Positions 17,839 through 27,137 of a stretch of 64,000 nucleotides of DNA are shown piece after piece; within the stretch, counting starts at the first letter, position 1, and the number at the start of each line of letters is the position of its first letter. The notes under the pieces were generated by a model. The model was not told where the DNA came from and searched no databases. It saw only the letters and a list, made by a program, of their open reading frames with translations. A program made the translations under genes and the position numbers. The stretch lies in the NCBI GenBank assembly GCA_042216705.1, contig JBDGTQ010000019.1, forward strand, positions 3,554 through 67,553, in the 5' to 3' direction. The stretch comes from Halolamina sp. (lineage in GTDB: Archaea; Halobacteriota; Halobacteria; Halobacteriales; Haloferacaceae).

Positions 17839-19113
17839 ATGACGGATTCGGGGACCGGGCCGGTCGCGGGACCGCTGCGCGCCGGCGCCGCCGGGCTCGC
17901 CGCGGTCGACGCACTCCCGACGGCCGTGCGCGCCGTCGTCGGCAACTACGCCGAGACCGGGACCTTCGACCCCGCGGCGCTGTCGCTCAAGCGCCGCGTC
18001 GACGCCCGCATGGACGAGATTCTGCGCGAGGCCCACGGCAGGGTCGAGGACGCCCTCGAAGCGGAGTTCGACCGCGAGTCGGTGTCGTTCCGCTACGACA
18101 CCAAGCTCACGATGCCGGTCGAGCTGACGCTGGGGTACGTATACAGCCGGGCGACCGCGGCGGCACCGCCGGGGGTCGACGCCGTCGACGGCACTCGCCG
18201 GACGGACGCGCTCTCGCGGCTGCGGCGACGGCGCTACGACGGGCCCGACGCCGAGGCCGTCGTCGCCGACGTCCAGCGCGCGGAGTCCGTGACCACCCTC
18301 GTCGTCGAGGCGCTGCTGGACGGCGACATGCGCGACGCCATCAACGACGAGGAGTTCGGCGACTTCGAGGTCGACTTCCCCGTCGCCGGGCCTGACCAGC
18401 GCCGGCGCGTCGCCGAGGTCGCGCAGTCGACGCTGCAGACGGCCGTCGAGCGCCGGTTCGACGCCTTTCCCGACGCCGTGAGCGAGGCCTACGACGAGGC
18501 CGTCGCCGTCTCGGAGGCCCACCAGGACCGCGACGAGCGGTTCCGGGCGCTGATGGCCGCCGCCGTCGGCGAACCTGAGCGGGTCGCCGGCGAGACCGGC
18601 GAGGGAAGCGAGCGCGGGACCGTCGCGGACGTGACCGACGCCGACGACGCCCGCGAGCGCCTGCGGGAGACTTACAAGCACGCCGAGTTCGCGGAGCCGC
18701 CGGCGCTGTTCACCGACGAGGAGCTGACGCTGCCGTACCTCAAGACCCAGTACGGCCGGGTCGGCGTCATCTACGAGGGGATGGTCGAGATGTTCCGCGC
18801 CGCCGGCGTCGACGTCGAGCGCGCCTTCGAGCGGGCGGTCGTCCTCGCCATCGTCGGCGCCCAGCTGTGGCTCGACGACGTGGACGACTTCGCGGCGGAC
18901 ATGGAGGAGGGCCAGCTCACCCCGGTGACCGCCGAGTACGTCCTCGCCGAGGACGACCGCACGGCCTACCGAAACGTGGTCGAACTCACCGAGCGGTACT
19001 TGGATCGTGCGCGGACGGCCGCCGTCGCCTCCGATTCGACGATGACCGGCATCGGGGTGGAGTACATCTATCGCGCCGGCGAGCCCGAGCGACTGCCGGG
19101 CAGCGACGGGTGA
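17839..19113 (+). CDS. hypothetical acidic protein (424 aa) with a DDxxD-type motif
   Basis: Internal ATG (MTDSGTGPVAG...) of track ORF 17395..19113. Acidic composition. AQLWLDDVDDFAADMEEGQ near the C-terminus. Divergent from the GGGPS-like gene. Confidence 0.7.
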   Translation: MTDSGTGPVAGPLRAGAAGLAAVDALPTAVRAVVGNYAETGTFDPAALSLKRRVDARMDEILREAHGRVEDALEAEFDRESVSFRYDTKLTMPVELTLGYVYSRATAAAPPGVDAVDGTRRTDALSRLRRRRYDGPDAEAVVADVQRAESVTTLVVEALLDGDMRDAINDEEFGDFEVDFPVAGPDQRRRVAEVAQSTLQTAVERRFDAFPDAVSEAYDEAVAVSEAHQDRDERFRALMAAAVGEPERVAGETGEGSERGTVADVTDADDARERLRETYKHAEFAEPPALFTDEELTLPYLKTQYGRVGVIYEGMVEMFRAAGVDVERAFERAVVLAIVGAQLWLDDVDDFAADMEEGQLTPVTAEYVLAEDDRTAYRNVVELTERYLDRARTAAVASDSTMTGIGVEYIYRAGEPERLPGSDG

Positions 19114-19117
19114 CCGG

Positions 19118-19501
19118 TTACTCGGCCGGGCCGGCGACCGCCTCGGCGTCGGTCTCGGAGTCCGCCGGCCCCTCGGCCTCGTCCTCCCCGAGCCACTCCT
19201 CGGCCCACGTCTCGATGACGTCGAACACCGGACACAGCGACCGCCCCTTCTCGGTGAGCGAGTAGTACGTCGCCACCGGCGCGTCCTCCTCTAGCCGCCG
19301 GTCGACGAGGTCGCCCTCCTGAAGATCGTCGAGCACGCGAGAGAGCGTCCGCGAGCTGGCGCCGGTCGCTCGCTCCAGCTCGTTGAACCGCTTCTCGCCG
19401 TCGTTGAGGCTGTTGAGCACGACGAGGCGCCATTTCGAGCCGACCTGTTCCAGCGCGTCGACGACGGGGCAGGCGTCGTCGGCTGGCTCGGAAGATGACA
19501 T
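19118..19501 (-). CDS. HxlR-family winged-helix transcriptional regulator
   Basis: 127 aa. CPVVDALEQVGSKWRLVVLNSL...RFNELERATGASSRTLSRVLDDL...Y.LTEKG is the HxlR signature. Confidence 0.9.
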   Translation of the reverse strand: MSSSEPADDACPVVDALEQVGSKWRLVVLNSLNDGEKRFNELERATGASSRTLSRVLDDLQEGDLVDRRLEEDAPVATYYSLTEKGRSLCPVFDVIETWAEEWLGEDEAEGPADSETDAEAVAGPAE

Positions 19502-19585
19502 ACGTCTGCTTGGGCCGGCTCACCTTTCAGTCGTTCGTCCGCGACGCGGAACGCTTTTGTCCTCACGCCGCAGGCAGTCTGGACG

Positions 19586-19993
19586 ATGGCACCGAGGTCG
19601 AGCGGAGGCGGGGGCAAGCGACCGTGGCTGGCGGGGGTGTTGTGCCTGCTTGCCACGGGGCTGGGACACCTGTATCTCCGGCGCTGGGTGCGCGCGCTGG
19701 GCTGGTTCCTGCTCTCGTACGCCGTCGCCGTGGCGGTCGTGCCGACGGAGACGCTGTCGACCGTCCTCGACGGTGGCGTCCTCGCGCTGGAGACGCTGTG
19801 GCCGGTGCTGGTCGTCCAGGCCGCCGCCGCGGTCGACGCCTACCGCATCGCGGCCGTCGCGCCGGTCGCGTCGGCGGACGGCGAGGACGAGGAGTGTCCC
19901 CACTGCGGCAAGGAGCTCGACTCCGACCTCGAGTTCTGCCCCTGGTGTTCGGCGGAGCTGCGGCCGGAGTCCGAGGTCGAACCGTCCGGCTGA
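19586..19993 (+). CDS. membrane protein with C-terminal zinc ribbon
   Basis: 135 aa. Two or three TM segments, then CPHCG...CPWCS. Confidence 0.7.
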   Translation: MAPRSSGGGGKRPWLAGVLCLLATGLGHLYLRRWVRALGWFLLSYAVAVAVVPTETLSTVLDGGVLALETLWPVLVVQAAAAVDAYRIAAVAPVASADGEDEECPHCGKELDSDLEFCPWCSAELRPESEVEPSG

Positions 19994-20044
19994 GGGCGCT
20001 CGGTCCGCGGAGCTTTTGTGGCGGGGCGGCCGAGCCCCGGGACG

Positions 20045-20674
20045 ATGCTGGTGCTCGGTGACGCCCACGCCGACGACCCCGACAACCGCGAGGCGTTGCT
20101 CGCGGCCTACGCCGCCAGCGACGCCGAGCGGGCGCTGCAGCTCGGTGACCTCCTCCACTACGATCTCCCGACGCCGACGTGGTTCGTCGCCGGCAACAAC
20201 GAGGACTTCGACCGCATCGAGTCGCTGCGCGCGGGCGATCCCGCCGGCACGTCGAACCTCACGCTGCTCGCCAGCGACACCGCGACCGTCGAGGGCGTCT
20301 CCGTCGGCGGGCTCTCGGGGAATCACGCCCCGACGCGGTACGAGCGCGACCGCGACGCGCTCGTCGGCGACCGCCGCCGCCACTTCGTCCGTGACGACGT
20401 GGACCGGGCGGCCGCCCTCGACGCCGACGTACTGCTGTTTCACGAGGCGCCTCACGGCCTCGTCGAGTACGAGACCTACGACCCTGGCTGTCGGCACGTG
20501 GACCGCATCGTCGAGACGGTCGACCCCGAGCTCTGTCTGGTCGGCCATCACCACACTCACGCCGAGATGTCGTTCGACGGCGTGCCGGTCGTCTCGCTCG
20601 CCCCCGCCTGGGAGTCGTACTACGAGCTCGACCCGGAGACGCTGTCGCTCAGTCGATACGAAACGCCGGTCTGA
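20045..20674 (+). CDS. metallophosphoesterase
   Basis: ATG at 20045 (MLVLGDAHADD...); the track start at 20018 is GTG. Motifs LGDAH, QLGDL, GNNED, FHEAPHG, GHHH typical of calcineurin-like phosphoesterases. Confidence 0.8.
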   Translation: MLVLGDAHADDPDNREALLAAYAASDAERALQLGDLLHYDLPTPTWFVAGNNEDFDRIESLRAGDPAGTSNLTLLASDTATVEGVSVGGLSGNHAPTRYERDRDALVGDRRRHFVRDDVDRAAALDADVLLFHEAPHGLVEYETYDPGCRHVDRIVETVDPELCLVGHHHTHAEMSFDGVPVVSLAPAWESYYELDPETLSLSRYETPV

Positions 20675-20785
20675 TGGCACCGTCACCGGCGCGGTCGGCG
20701 ACGGGCGGCGGGGGCTGTCGAGTCGGCGACCGGGGTCGAGCGGGCGCCGCCAGTCGGCGACCGGAACCCGGCGGGCGCGACGACG

Positions 20786-21847
20786 TCAGCTCCCGGCGAG
20801 TTCGAACCGGGCGCCGCCGGCATCGCTTTCTGTGACGACGAGCTCCCAGCCGTGGACCTCCGCGATGCGAGTCACGATGCTGAGCCCCAGCCCGGAGCCG
20901 TCGCCGCCGGTCGAGTAGCCGCGTTCGAGCACCCGCTCGCGGTCCTCGGGCGGAATCCCAGGCCCGTCGTCGCCAACGTACAGCCGCCCGGTGTCGGGCC
21001 CTCGGCCGACGGTGACCGTCACGTCCGCCGGGCCGTGGTCCAGCGCGTTCCGGAAGAGGTTCTCGAACAGCTGGGCGAGCAGGGAGTCGTCGGCGGACAC
21101 GTCGTCGTCGGCGGCGACGTCGACGACGAGGTCGGCCTCCGGAGCGTCGACGTTCGCCCACGCTCGGGACGCGGCCTCGCCGACGGCGACCGGCTCCCGC
21201 TCGACGGCGTCGTCGTCGAGCGACGCCAGCATCTGCGTGTCGTCGATGATTTCGTCCATCCTGTTCACCGCGTCGACGACGTTGTCGGCCGCCGAGGAGT
21301 CGTCCTCGGCGAGCATCGAGGCGTACCCCGTGGCGACGTTCATCGGGCTTCGGAGGTCGTGTGAGATGATGCTCGTCACCGCTTCGAGGCGGTCGCGTTC
21401 GGCCTCTAACTCCCGCTCTCGCCGCCGGAGGAGCTGTTCGCGCTCGTTTCGGAGCTCCGCCCACCGGAGGAACGCCGCCAGGAGAAGGACGGTACCGAGA
21501 ATGAGCGGGCCGTCCTCGGCGACGATGGCGGCCCAGCGAGGGTAGATGACGTACTCGTCGACGATGTCGTTAGCGCCGTACAGTACCAGCACCGCCAGCG
21601 CCGGGAACAGCAGTCGGTCGACCCGATCGGGGATGTGCCAGCGGTGGATAGCGACCAGCCCGCCCAGCGCGATGGCGACGAAGACGAACTCGACGGTCGC
21701 CTGATACGGGTTCGGCTCGTCCGGCACGAACGCGAGTAACGGTATCGGCGCAAGCAGCGCTATGACGGCGACGGCCGCGAGCAGTCGTCTCTGCTTTCGA
21801 ACGGCCCCTCTCATCGTCGATGTCTTATGATGAAGCTGGATGGTCAT
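20786..21847 (-). CDS. membrane sensor histidine kinase
   Basis: 353 aa. N-terminal TM helices, coiled coil, H-box SIISHDLRSPMNV, HATPase NALDHG...GDDGPGIPPEDRERVLERGYST...GSGLGLSIV. Divergent from the first gene of the tubulin-like cluster. Confidence 0.85.
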   Translation of the reverse strand: MTIQLHHKTSTMRGAVRKQRRLLAAVAVIALLAPIPLLAFVPDEPNPYQATVEFVFVAIALGGLVAIHRWHIPDRVDRLLFPALAVLVLYGANDIVDEYVIYPRWAAIVAEDGPLILGTVLLLAAFLRWAELRNEREQLLRRRERELEAERDRLEAVTSIISHDLRSPMNVATGYASMLAEDDSSAADNVVDAVNRMDEIIDDTQMLASLDDDAVEREPVAVGEAASRAWANVDAPEADLVVDVAADDDVSADDSLLAQLFENLFRNALDHGPADVTVTVGRGPDTGRLYVGDDGPGIPPEDRERVLERGYSTGGDGSGLGLSIVTRIAEVHGWELVVTESDAGGARFELAGS

Positions 21848-21936
21848 AACAGCGAGGGGCGACGAAGTCGACGATGCACTCAGTCCTTCTTACAGTCGGG
21901 TAACAGTTTAGTGATTCCGTCGTTCACGGTTTCCTG

Positions 21937-23829
21937 ATGAAACTGAGGTCGTCCGAGCCCAGGGCGGAGGTAGACGTCCCGACCGGAGCGTGGCTTTTGG
22001 CGGGGGTTCCGTTGGCGGTGTCGTTCGTTCAGACGCTGATGGCGCTGTTCGGGTACACGTCGTCGGCGGCGGGTATCAAGCCGATCGCCGAGCCGGTGTT
22101 GTCGATCCCGATCCTGTACGAGGCCGCGGTCGTGTTCAAGACCCGGTCGGTCATCGTGATGGGACTGTTCGTGCTCATCGCCGGGGCGTGGATCGCACAG
22201 GGCCTGAGCATGCGGCTGTTCGAACACCGGGAGGCGACATACGGATTCGCCACCCTCGCCGCGTTGCTGTTCTTCTCGCTGTTTTTCGGCGTCTACTCGC
22301 CGCTGCTCGGGGCCGAAATCTCCGCGGCACAGCGTCTCGGCTTCTTCCTCGTCCCTCTCGTCGCCGCCGGAGCGATGCTGTACGCCGCGACCGCCTACGA
22401 CTGGTCGGACGTCGTCCTCGAAGAGGCCGGCGCCGACCTCGCCACGGTCAAGCGCGACCTCGCGAACGTCCGCCAGCGCTTCGAGTCGGCCTACGAGACT
22501 CGCTTCGCCGACCTCGACGCCCTCTCCGATCTGGCGCCTGAGGGCGTCACCGCCGTCCGCGAGGGACGGACGGAGTTCGAGGCGGAGCTCTCGGACATCG
22601 CCGACGACGTCGCCGCCGCACAGGCTGGCACGGGCGCCGACGAGGTGAGCCGTCGAGCGACAGAACTCCGGGAGACGGTGGCGTCGCTCGACCCTGTTGG
22701 CCGCGTCGACGCCCTCGACGCCGCGTTCCGGGAACGCCTCGAATCCGGCGTTCGGACCACGTACGGTACCGTCACGATACGGTCGCGCTACGGCGACACG
22801 TACACCCTCGTGAACCTCCCGACGGAACTTCGGGAGGCCGACCTCCCGGGGTCGTCGTCACCGGTCCACGTCGATTACCTCGCGGACGAGCTGATCGACG
22901 CGGTTCGGGGCGACGCGTCGATTTCGGCGCTGGCCGACCGCATCGAGGCCGTCGAGAGCCACCTGGACGACGTGCGTGCTCACCTCGACCGCGCGGAAAG
23001 CGAGATCGCGGACGACATCGACACCGCCGAGGAGGAGCTCGCGACCGCCGAGTCGCAGGTCGAGGCGCTCCGGGCTGGCTACGCCGAGCGGGTGGAAGAA
23101 ATCGCCGTGGACGGACGACGCGACGGGCTGACCGGCGTCGACGAGGTTCGCGACGAGCTCGACCGCGCGAAGGAGGCGTTGCACGACTGTCGGGCAGAGC
23201 AAGCGCGCGCTCTCGCCGACGACGCCCGCGCCGCGGCCGGCAAACTCGTCCCTTTCGTCGAGTTCGTGAGTACGCTGTCGGCGAGCATCGATCACGGCCA
23301 CGAGACGGTCTCCATTCCTGACGCGGTAGATACGGACGCCGTCGGGGCGCTGGCACCGGCCATCGAGGCGGCGAATCCCGCCGTCGAGGTCGCGGTCGAC
23401 GACGGCGAACTGCGGCTACGCTACGGCGAAGGGACGGCGTCGACGGAGTCCGAGTCGGACGCGAGTGACGACGCGGGCGAGGAGCGCGATGCCGTCGGAA
23501 CGTCCGAAACGACCGACCGGCGCCAGTCGGTCGCGCCCGCAAGCGACGTGGTCGACGAGGTGCTGTACGTGTTTCGGGAGTTCGAGGACGGCGCCGCCGA
23601 CGAGCCGTTCGTCCAGTACGACCTTTCGGAACTGCCCGACACCGTCGCGACCCGCGACGCGCTCGTCAACGTCCGCCGGTTCGCCGAGCGCCAGACCGAC
23701 CTCTTCGACGACGTCGAGCTCCAGGCCCCCGAACCCCCGGGGTTCGTCGAGTTCGACGTCTCTGATGGGGTGTCGGCACCGCGAGCGATAAAACAGACGC
23801 GCCGGCGGTTCAGGGAGAAGTACGCGTGA
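21937..23829 (+). CDS. polytopic membrane protein (about 5 TM) with long acidic coiled-coil cytoplasmic domain
   Basis: 630 aa, ATG. About 150 hydrophobic N-terminal aa, then heptad-like acidic helices (DLATVKRDLANVRQRFESAYE..., EAVESHLDDVRAHLDRAESEIADDIDTAEEELATAESQVEALR). TATA-like 'agtttag' about 28 nt upstream. Confidence 0.8.
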   Translation: MKLRSSEPRAEVDVPTGAWLLAGVPLAVSFVQTLMALFGYTSSAAGIKPIAEPVLSIPILYEAAVVFKTRSVIVMGLFVLIAGAWIAQGLSMRLFEHREATYGFATLAALLFFSLFFGVYSPLLGAEISAAQRLGFFLVPLVAAGAMLYAATAYDWSDVVLEEAGADLATVKRDLANVRQRFESAYETRFADLDALSDLAPEGVTAVREGRTEFEAELSDIADDVAAAQAGTGADEVSRRATELRETVASLDPVGRVDALDAAFRERLESGVRTTYGTVTIRSRYGDTYTLVNLPTELREADLPGSSSPVHVDYLADELIDAVRGDASISALADRIEAVESHLDDVRAHLDRAESEIADDIDTAEEELATAESQVEALRAGYAERVEEIAVDGRRDGLTGVDEVRDELDRAKEALHDCRAEQARALADDARAAAGKLVPFVEFVSTLSASIDHGHETVSIPDAVDTDAVGALAPAIEAANPAVEVAVDDGELRLRYGEGTASTESESDASDDAGEERDAVGTSETTDRRQSVAPASDVVDEVLYVFREFEDGAADEPFVQYDLSELPDTVATRDALVNVRRFAERQTDLFDDVELQAPEPPGFVEFDVSDGVSAPRAIKQTRRRFREKYA

Positions 23830-23890
23830 GCTCGGGCGGAAACGGCGGGAAAGATTCTCATGATAGCCCCCGCATCACCACGCAAGGACA

Positions 23891-25519
23891 ATGACAGAAG
23901 AATGTGAAATCTGCTTTACCCCCGCCCCCGACTGGCAGGCGGACTCGCTGGAGGGGCACATCCGGGAGGTGCACGTGAACGACGAGGCGTCGGTCCGTGC
24001 CATCTACGGCGGGCGATTCGGCCACGTCTTCGACGCGAGCGGGGAGGCGCCGGCGGACGCGGCCGCCGACGACGGCCACGAGGACGAGGACGACGGCGTC
24101 GTCCCCGGCGGGACGACCGACATCCCCGTCGGCGACGACGCCGCGGACGACGACGAGTTGTACGGGCGCAAGTGGTACGCCATTGGCGTCGGGGGCGCCG
24201 GCAACAACATCATCGACGCGATACTGATGCGCCGGGACACGCTGTTGCGCAACGACGAGGACCGCGCACGTATCTGGCGCGGCGGTCTAGCCGGCTACGG
24301 CATCCTCAACACGAACATCGCCGAGCTCGAACAGACGTACTACGCCCGCGAGCTGAAGGAGTACTCCCGCAACGACCTCCTGAGCAACGCCATCATCGGC
24401 ATGGGCGAACACGGCTACAGCGGGATGGGCTACCGCTGGAGCAACGGGGCTGAGGTCGCGGCCACCGACTTCGAGGACGCAGGAAACCCGTTCCGAGACC
24501 GCTGGGACATCAAACAGCAGGACGTCCGCGACGCCCAGGCCATCATGCTCGCACACAGCGTCACCAAGGGAACCGGGTGCGGCTCGACGCCGGTCATCGT
24601 CGACAGGCTCCGCGACGAGGTGCTCAACGACGACGGCGTCATCGGCAAGGCGGTGCTGAGCACGGTCGTCATCCCCTCGGAGGGAGGCAAACAGTCCGAT
24701 ATCGGCGGTCGTGCCAAGAGCAACGGCGTCGTCGGACTCGCCCGGCTCTCGCAGTCGGTCGACGCGGTCATCCCGTTCAACAACGACCACCTCCGCCGTG
24801 CGAGCACGGACATCACGCCGCGAATCGACGCGTTAGAGGAGTACAACCCCCCGGAGTACGCCGATCTCAACAAGCCGCTGGTCGCGTTCTTGGAGGCGTT
24901 CACGATGTCGTCGACCCCGCAGTTCGTCGACCGGGACGCGACGATGACCGTCCGGGGCAGCGTCTTCGACGTGGCCGACAGCTTCCGTCTCGTCGAGGAC
25001 AAGTACCCCTCCGAGATGGACACCGACGAACAGCCGGCGGTGGTGTTGGCTCCGGCGCTCGGTCGGCTCCACTCCGAGGAGATATCCCGGTCGAACCTCG
25101 AACTGCTGGCGCGTAACACGCTGTTGCAGAACAGGCTGGCCGACTTCGACCCGTCGACGGCCTGGGGCGGGAACTTCATGATTTACGGGCCGGCCGAGAA
25201 GATGGAGCGCGTCTCCTCGTTCGTCAACGACGGGACGGTCCAGCGAATCCTCAACGGCGAGGAGTTCCTCGACAGCACCGAGAGCCAGTCCGTGGAGTCC
25301 ATCGACGTTCAGCTCAACCAGATCGTCATCCCGTATCTCGACGACGTGTTCATGTGGGGAACGCTGTGGAACCCGCGGATGCCGGCACTGGAAGAGATGT
25401 ACGAACACACTCGCCAGCTGAAGGAGGAAGGCGGCACCAGACAGGCCGAGAACCTCCGCGAGACCTGGGACGACGTGGAGAAGCTGTTCTCCTGTCTCGG
25501 CCGAGAGAACCTCCTGTAA
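23891..25519 (+). CDS. tubulin/FtsZ-superfamily protein 1 with N-terminal C2H2-like zinc finger
   Basis: 542 aa. CEIC-x14-H-x4-H at aa 5-28, acidic linker, then T1 YAIGVGGAGNNIIDAIL, T3-like GMGEHGYSGMGY, degenerate T4 AHSVTKGTGCGSTPVIVD, VIPFNNDHL, T7-like GSVFDVADSF, all in the canonical order. Confidence 0.8.
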   Translation: MTEECEICFTPAPDWQADSLEGHIREVHVNDEASVRAIYGGRFGHVFDASGEAPADAAADDGHEDEDDGVVPGGTTDIPVGDDAADDDELYGRKWYAIGVGGAGNNIIDAILMRRDTLLRNDEDRARIWRGGLAGYGILNTNIAELEQTYYARELKEYSRNDLLSNAIIGMGEHGYSGMGYRWSNGAEVAATDFEDAGNPFRDRWDIKQQDVRDAQAIMLAHSVTKGTGCGSTPVIVDRLRDEVLNDDGVIGKAVLSTVVIPSEGGKQSDIGGRAKSNGVVGLARLSQSVDAVIPFNNDHLRRASTDITPRIDALEEYNPPEYADLNKPLVAFLEAFTMSSTPQFVDRDATMTVRGSVFDVADSFRLVEDKYPSEMDTDEQPAVVLAPALGRLHSEEISRSNLELLARNTLLQNRLADFDPSTAWGGNFMIYGPAEKMERVSSFVNDGTVQRILNGEEFLDSTESQSVESIDVQLNQIVIPYLDDVFMWGTLWNPRMPALEEMYEHTRQLKEEGGTRQAENLRETWDDVEKLFSCLGRENLL

Positions 25520-25523
25520 GACG

Positions 25524-26984
25524 ATGATCCCGCTACTCACCGTGTTCGGCCTGTTCGGCGGCGACGACGACGACGGCAACGACCTCGCGCGGGTGGCCGA
25601 CAGACTCGGAACGAGGCCGGACCCACGCCGGGTCGAGTCTCGGCTCGACGACCTGGCGGCCGCGGCCGACGAGCTGACGTCGGCCGCCGACGTCTCCGGT
25701 CCGGCCGGCCGCGTGTCGCCGGACGCGACGCCGGTCGAGAAGATCGAGGCGCTGGCGGCGGCCGTCGAAGCCGGGGAGCTCACCGTATCTCGGGAGTCGC
25801 CGACCGGGACTCGGACCGAAGACGGCGCCGTCGCGACCGCCGCGAGTGAGGTGCGCCGGACCGAGCGCCCGGGCGGCGTCGCGGCCGACCTGCTGGAGCG
25901 GCTCGCGGCGGCCCGGACCGTCGACGACGCGGAGCTTCTGAGCAGTCTCCGCGACGCGACCCGACGGCTGGAAACGTGTCGGACCCTCACCGACCGCGTC
26001 GACGAGACGACGACGGCGGCGGAGTACCGACGCCTCGCGGAGCGGTTGGACGCCCGCGACGACGACGTGGCGAGGACGCTCGCCGATGTCGTTGCCGACG
26101 CCGCGGAGAACTCGGATTCGGTCGCCGCCGACGAGCGCGACGAGAGGCTCATGATGGAGCTCCAGCGCGCCCTCGACGCGGTGGCACTCGACCGCCAGGT
26201 CGGCGACGGCGGCGTCGACCCCACGGTGGCGGCCACCGAGCTGGCCGACCACTTGGGGGGTCGAGCGGACGGCGAGAGGCCGACCGCGGCCGCGGCTCGG
26301 GCGGTCCGGCAGTCGGCCAACGCGGGAAGCGCGACTGCGCGACGGCTACTGGGCGACCTCGCTGACGACCGCTCGGGCGGCGACGCCGTCGAGGAGACGC
26401 TGCGAGCGGTCGTTGAGGAGCTCGACGAGGCGGCGACCGTTCGGAGCGTCGTCGGCGACGTGGACCACGACAGCGTCCGCGACCTCGCCGACGACGTCGC
26501 GGCAGCAACCGACAGGCTGGGAGACCCAGAGACCGCCGCGGCGCTCGGAGACCGGGTCGAGCAGCTCCGGCAGACGGTCGACCGCGCCGACGAGTCGAAC
26601 TCCGTCGTCGCTTACGCCGCCCGACGAGAGTTGCGCTTCTACGAGCGCGACCTCCTGCCGAGGCTCGACGGCGTCGACGGGAGTCAGGGGACGACAGACG
26701 ACGGCGCCGACGACGCCGCGGCCGCCGTCGAACGACTCGGGGACCGAACCGAACGCATCCGGGCGGAGTTCATCGAGGGCGTCGCGGACCACAACCACAG
26801 CATCCCGCTGCATTTCCTCTCACTGGTGGAGTCACTGCGTGAGGACGCCGACGACGCGCTGGCCCGAGGGGAGCCGAAACGAGCCGCCGGTTTCGCGGCT
26901 GCGGCGGGGTCGCTGCTCGACCACGTCCGTGACCTGTACGAGCGCAACGAGTACAGCGTGATGCTGCGTCGGCTCCGGGGCTAA
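25524..26984 (+). CDS. hypothetical highly acidic helical protein with short hydrophobic N-terminus
   Basis: 486 aa. Starts 4 nt after the preceding stop. MIPLLTVFGLFGG followed by Asp/Ala/Leu/Arg-rich predicted helices. No motif recognised. Confidence 0.7.
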   Translation: MIPLLTVFGLFGGDDDDGNDLARVADRLGTRPDPRRVESRLDDLAAAADELTSAADVSGPAGRVSPDATPVEKIEALAAAVEAGELTVSRESPTGTRTEDGAVATAASEVRRTERPGGVAADLLERLAAARTVDDAELLSSLRDATRRLETCRTLTDRVDETTTAAEYRRLAERLDARDDDVARTLADVVADAAENSDSVAADERDERLMMELQRALDAVALDRQVGDGGVDPTVAATELADHLGGRADGERPTAAAARAVRQSANAGSATARRLLGDLADDRSGGDAVEETLRAVVEELDEAATVRSVVGDVDHDSVRDLADDVAAATDRLGDPETAAALGDRVEQLRQTVDRADESNSVVAYAARRELRFYERDLLPRLDGVDGSQGTTDDGADDAAAAVERLGDRTERIRAEFIEGVADHNHSIPLHFLSLVESLREDADDALARGEPKRAAGFAAAAGSLLDHVRDLYERNEYSVMLRRLRG

Positions 26985-27060
26985 CGACCGCGAGACGGTG
27001 GGTGCGGCCGCCGCCGAAATGGGTGAGGTCGGCGGCCCGTTCGACTGGCAGGCCACGGTG

Positions 27061-27137
27061 TTAATTTCATAACAACTATTTCCGGAAAGTGTCGTTACAT
27101 ATATGAGGTATTCCCGACATTTGAGCCTCGTAACCAA
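27061..27137 (+). promoter_or_regulatory. AT-rich promoter island upstream of tubulin-like gene 2 (TATA-like 'acatatatg' at 27097-27105)
   Basis: Clearly A/T-rich non-coding stretch by eye (ttaatttcataacaactatttcc...ttacatatatgagg), immediately upstream of ATG 27138 and after a 153-nt gap. A possible 8-bp hairpin at 27010-27036 follows the previous gene. Confidence 0.45.

Noticed and set aside
16515-18681. Several 600-aa-class ORFs (16515..18395 plus, 16834..18681 minus, 16454..17407 plus) overlapping the GGGPS-like gene and its neighbour
   Set aside because: Extreme Arg/Gly/Pro content (RRRRR runs) and no acidic haloarchaeal signature. The alternative frames give coherent proteins.
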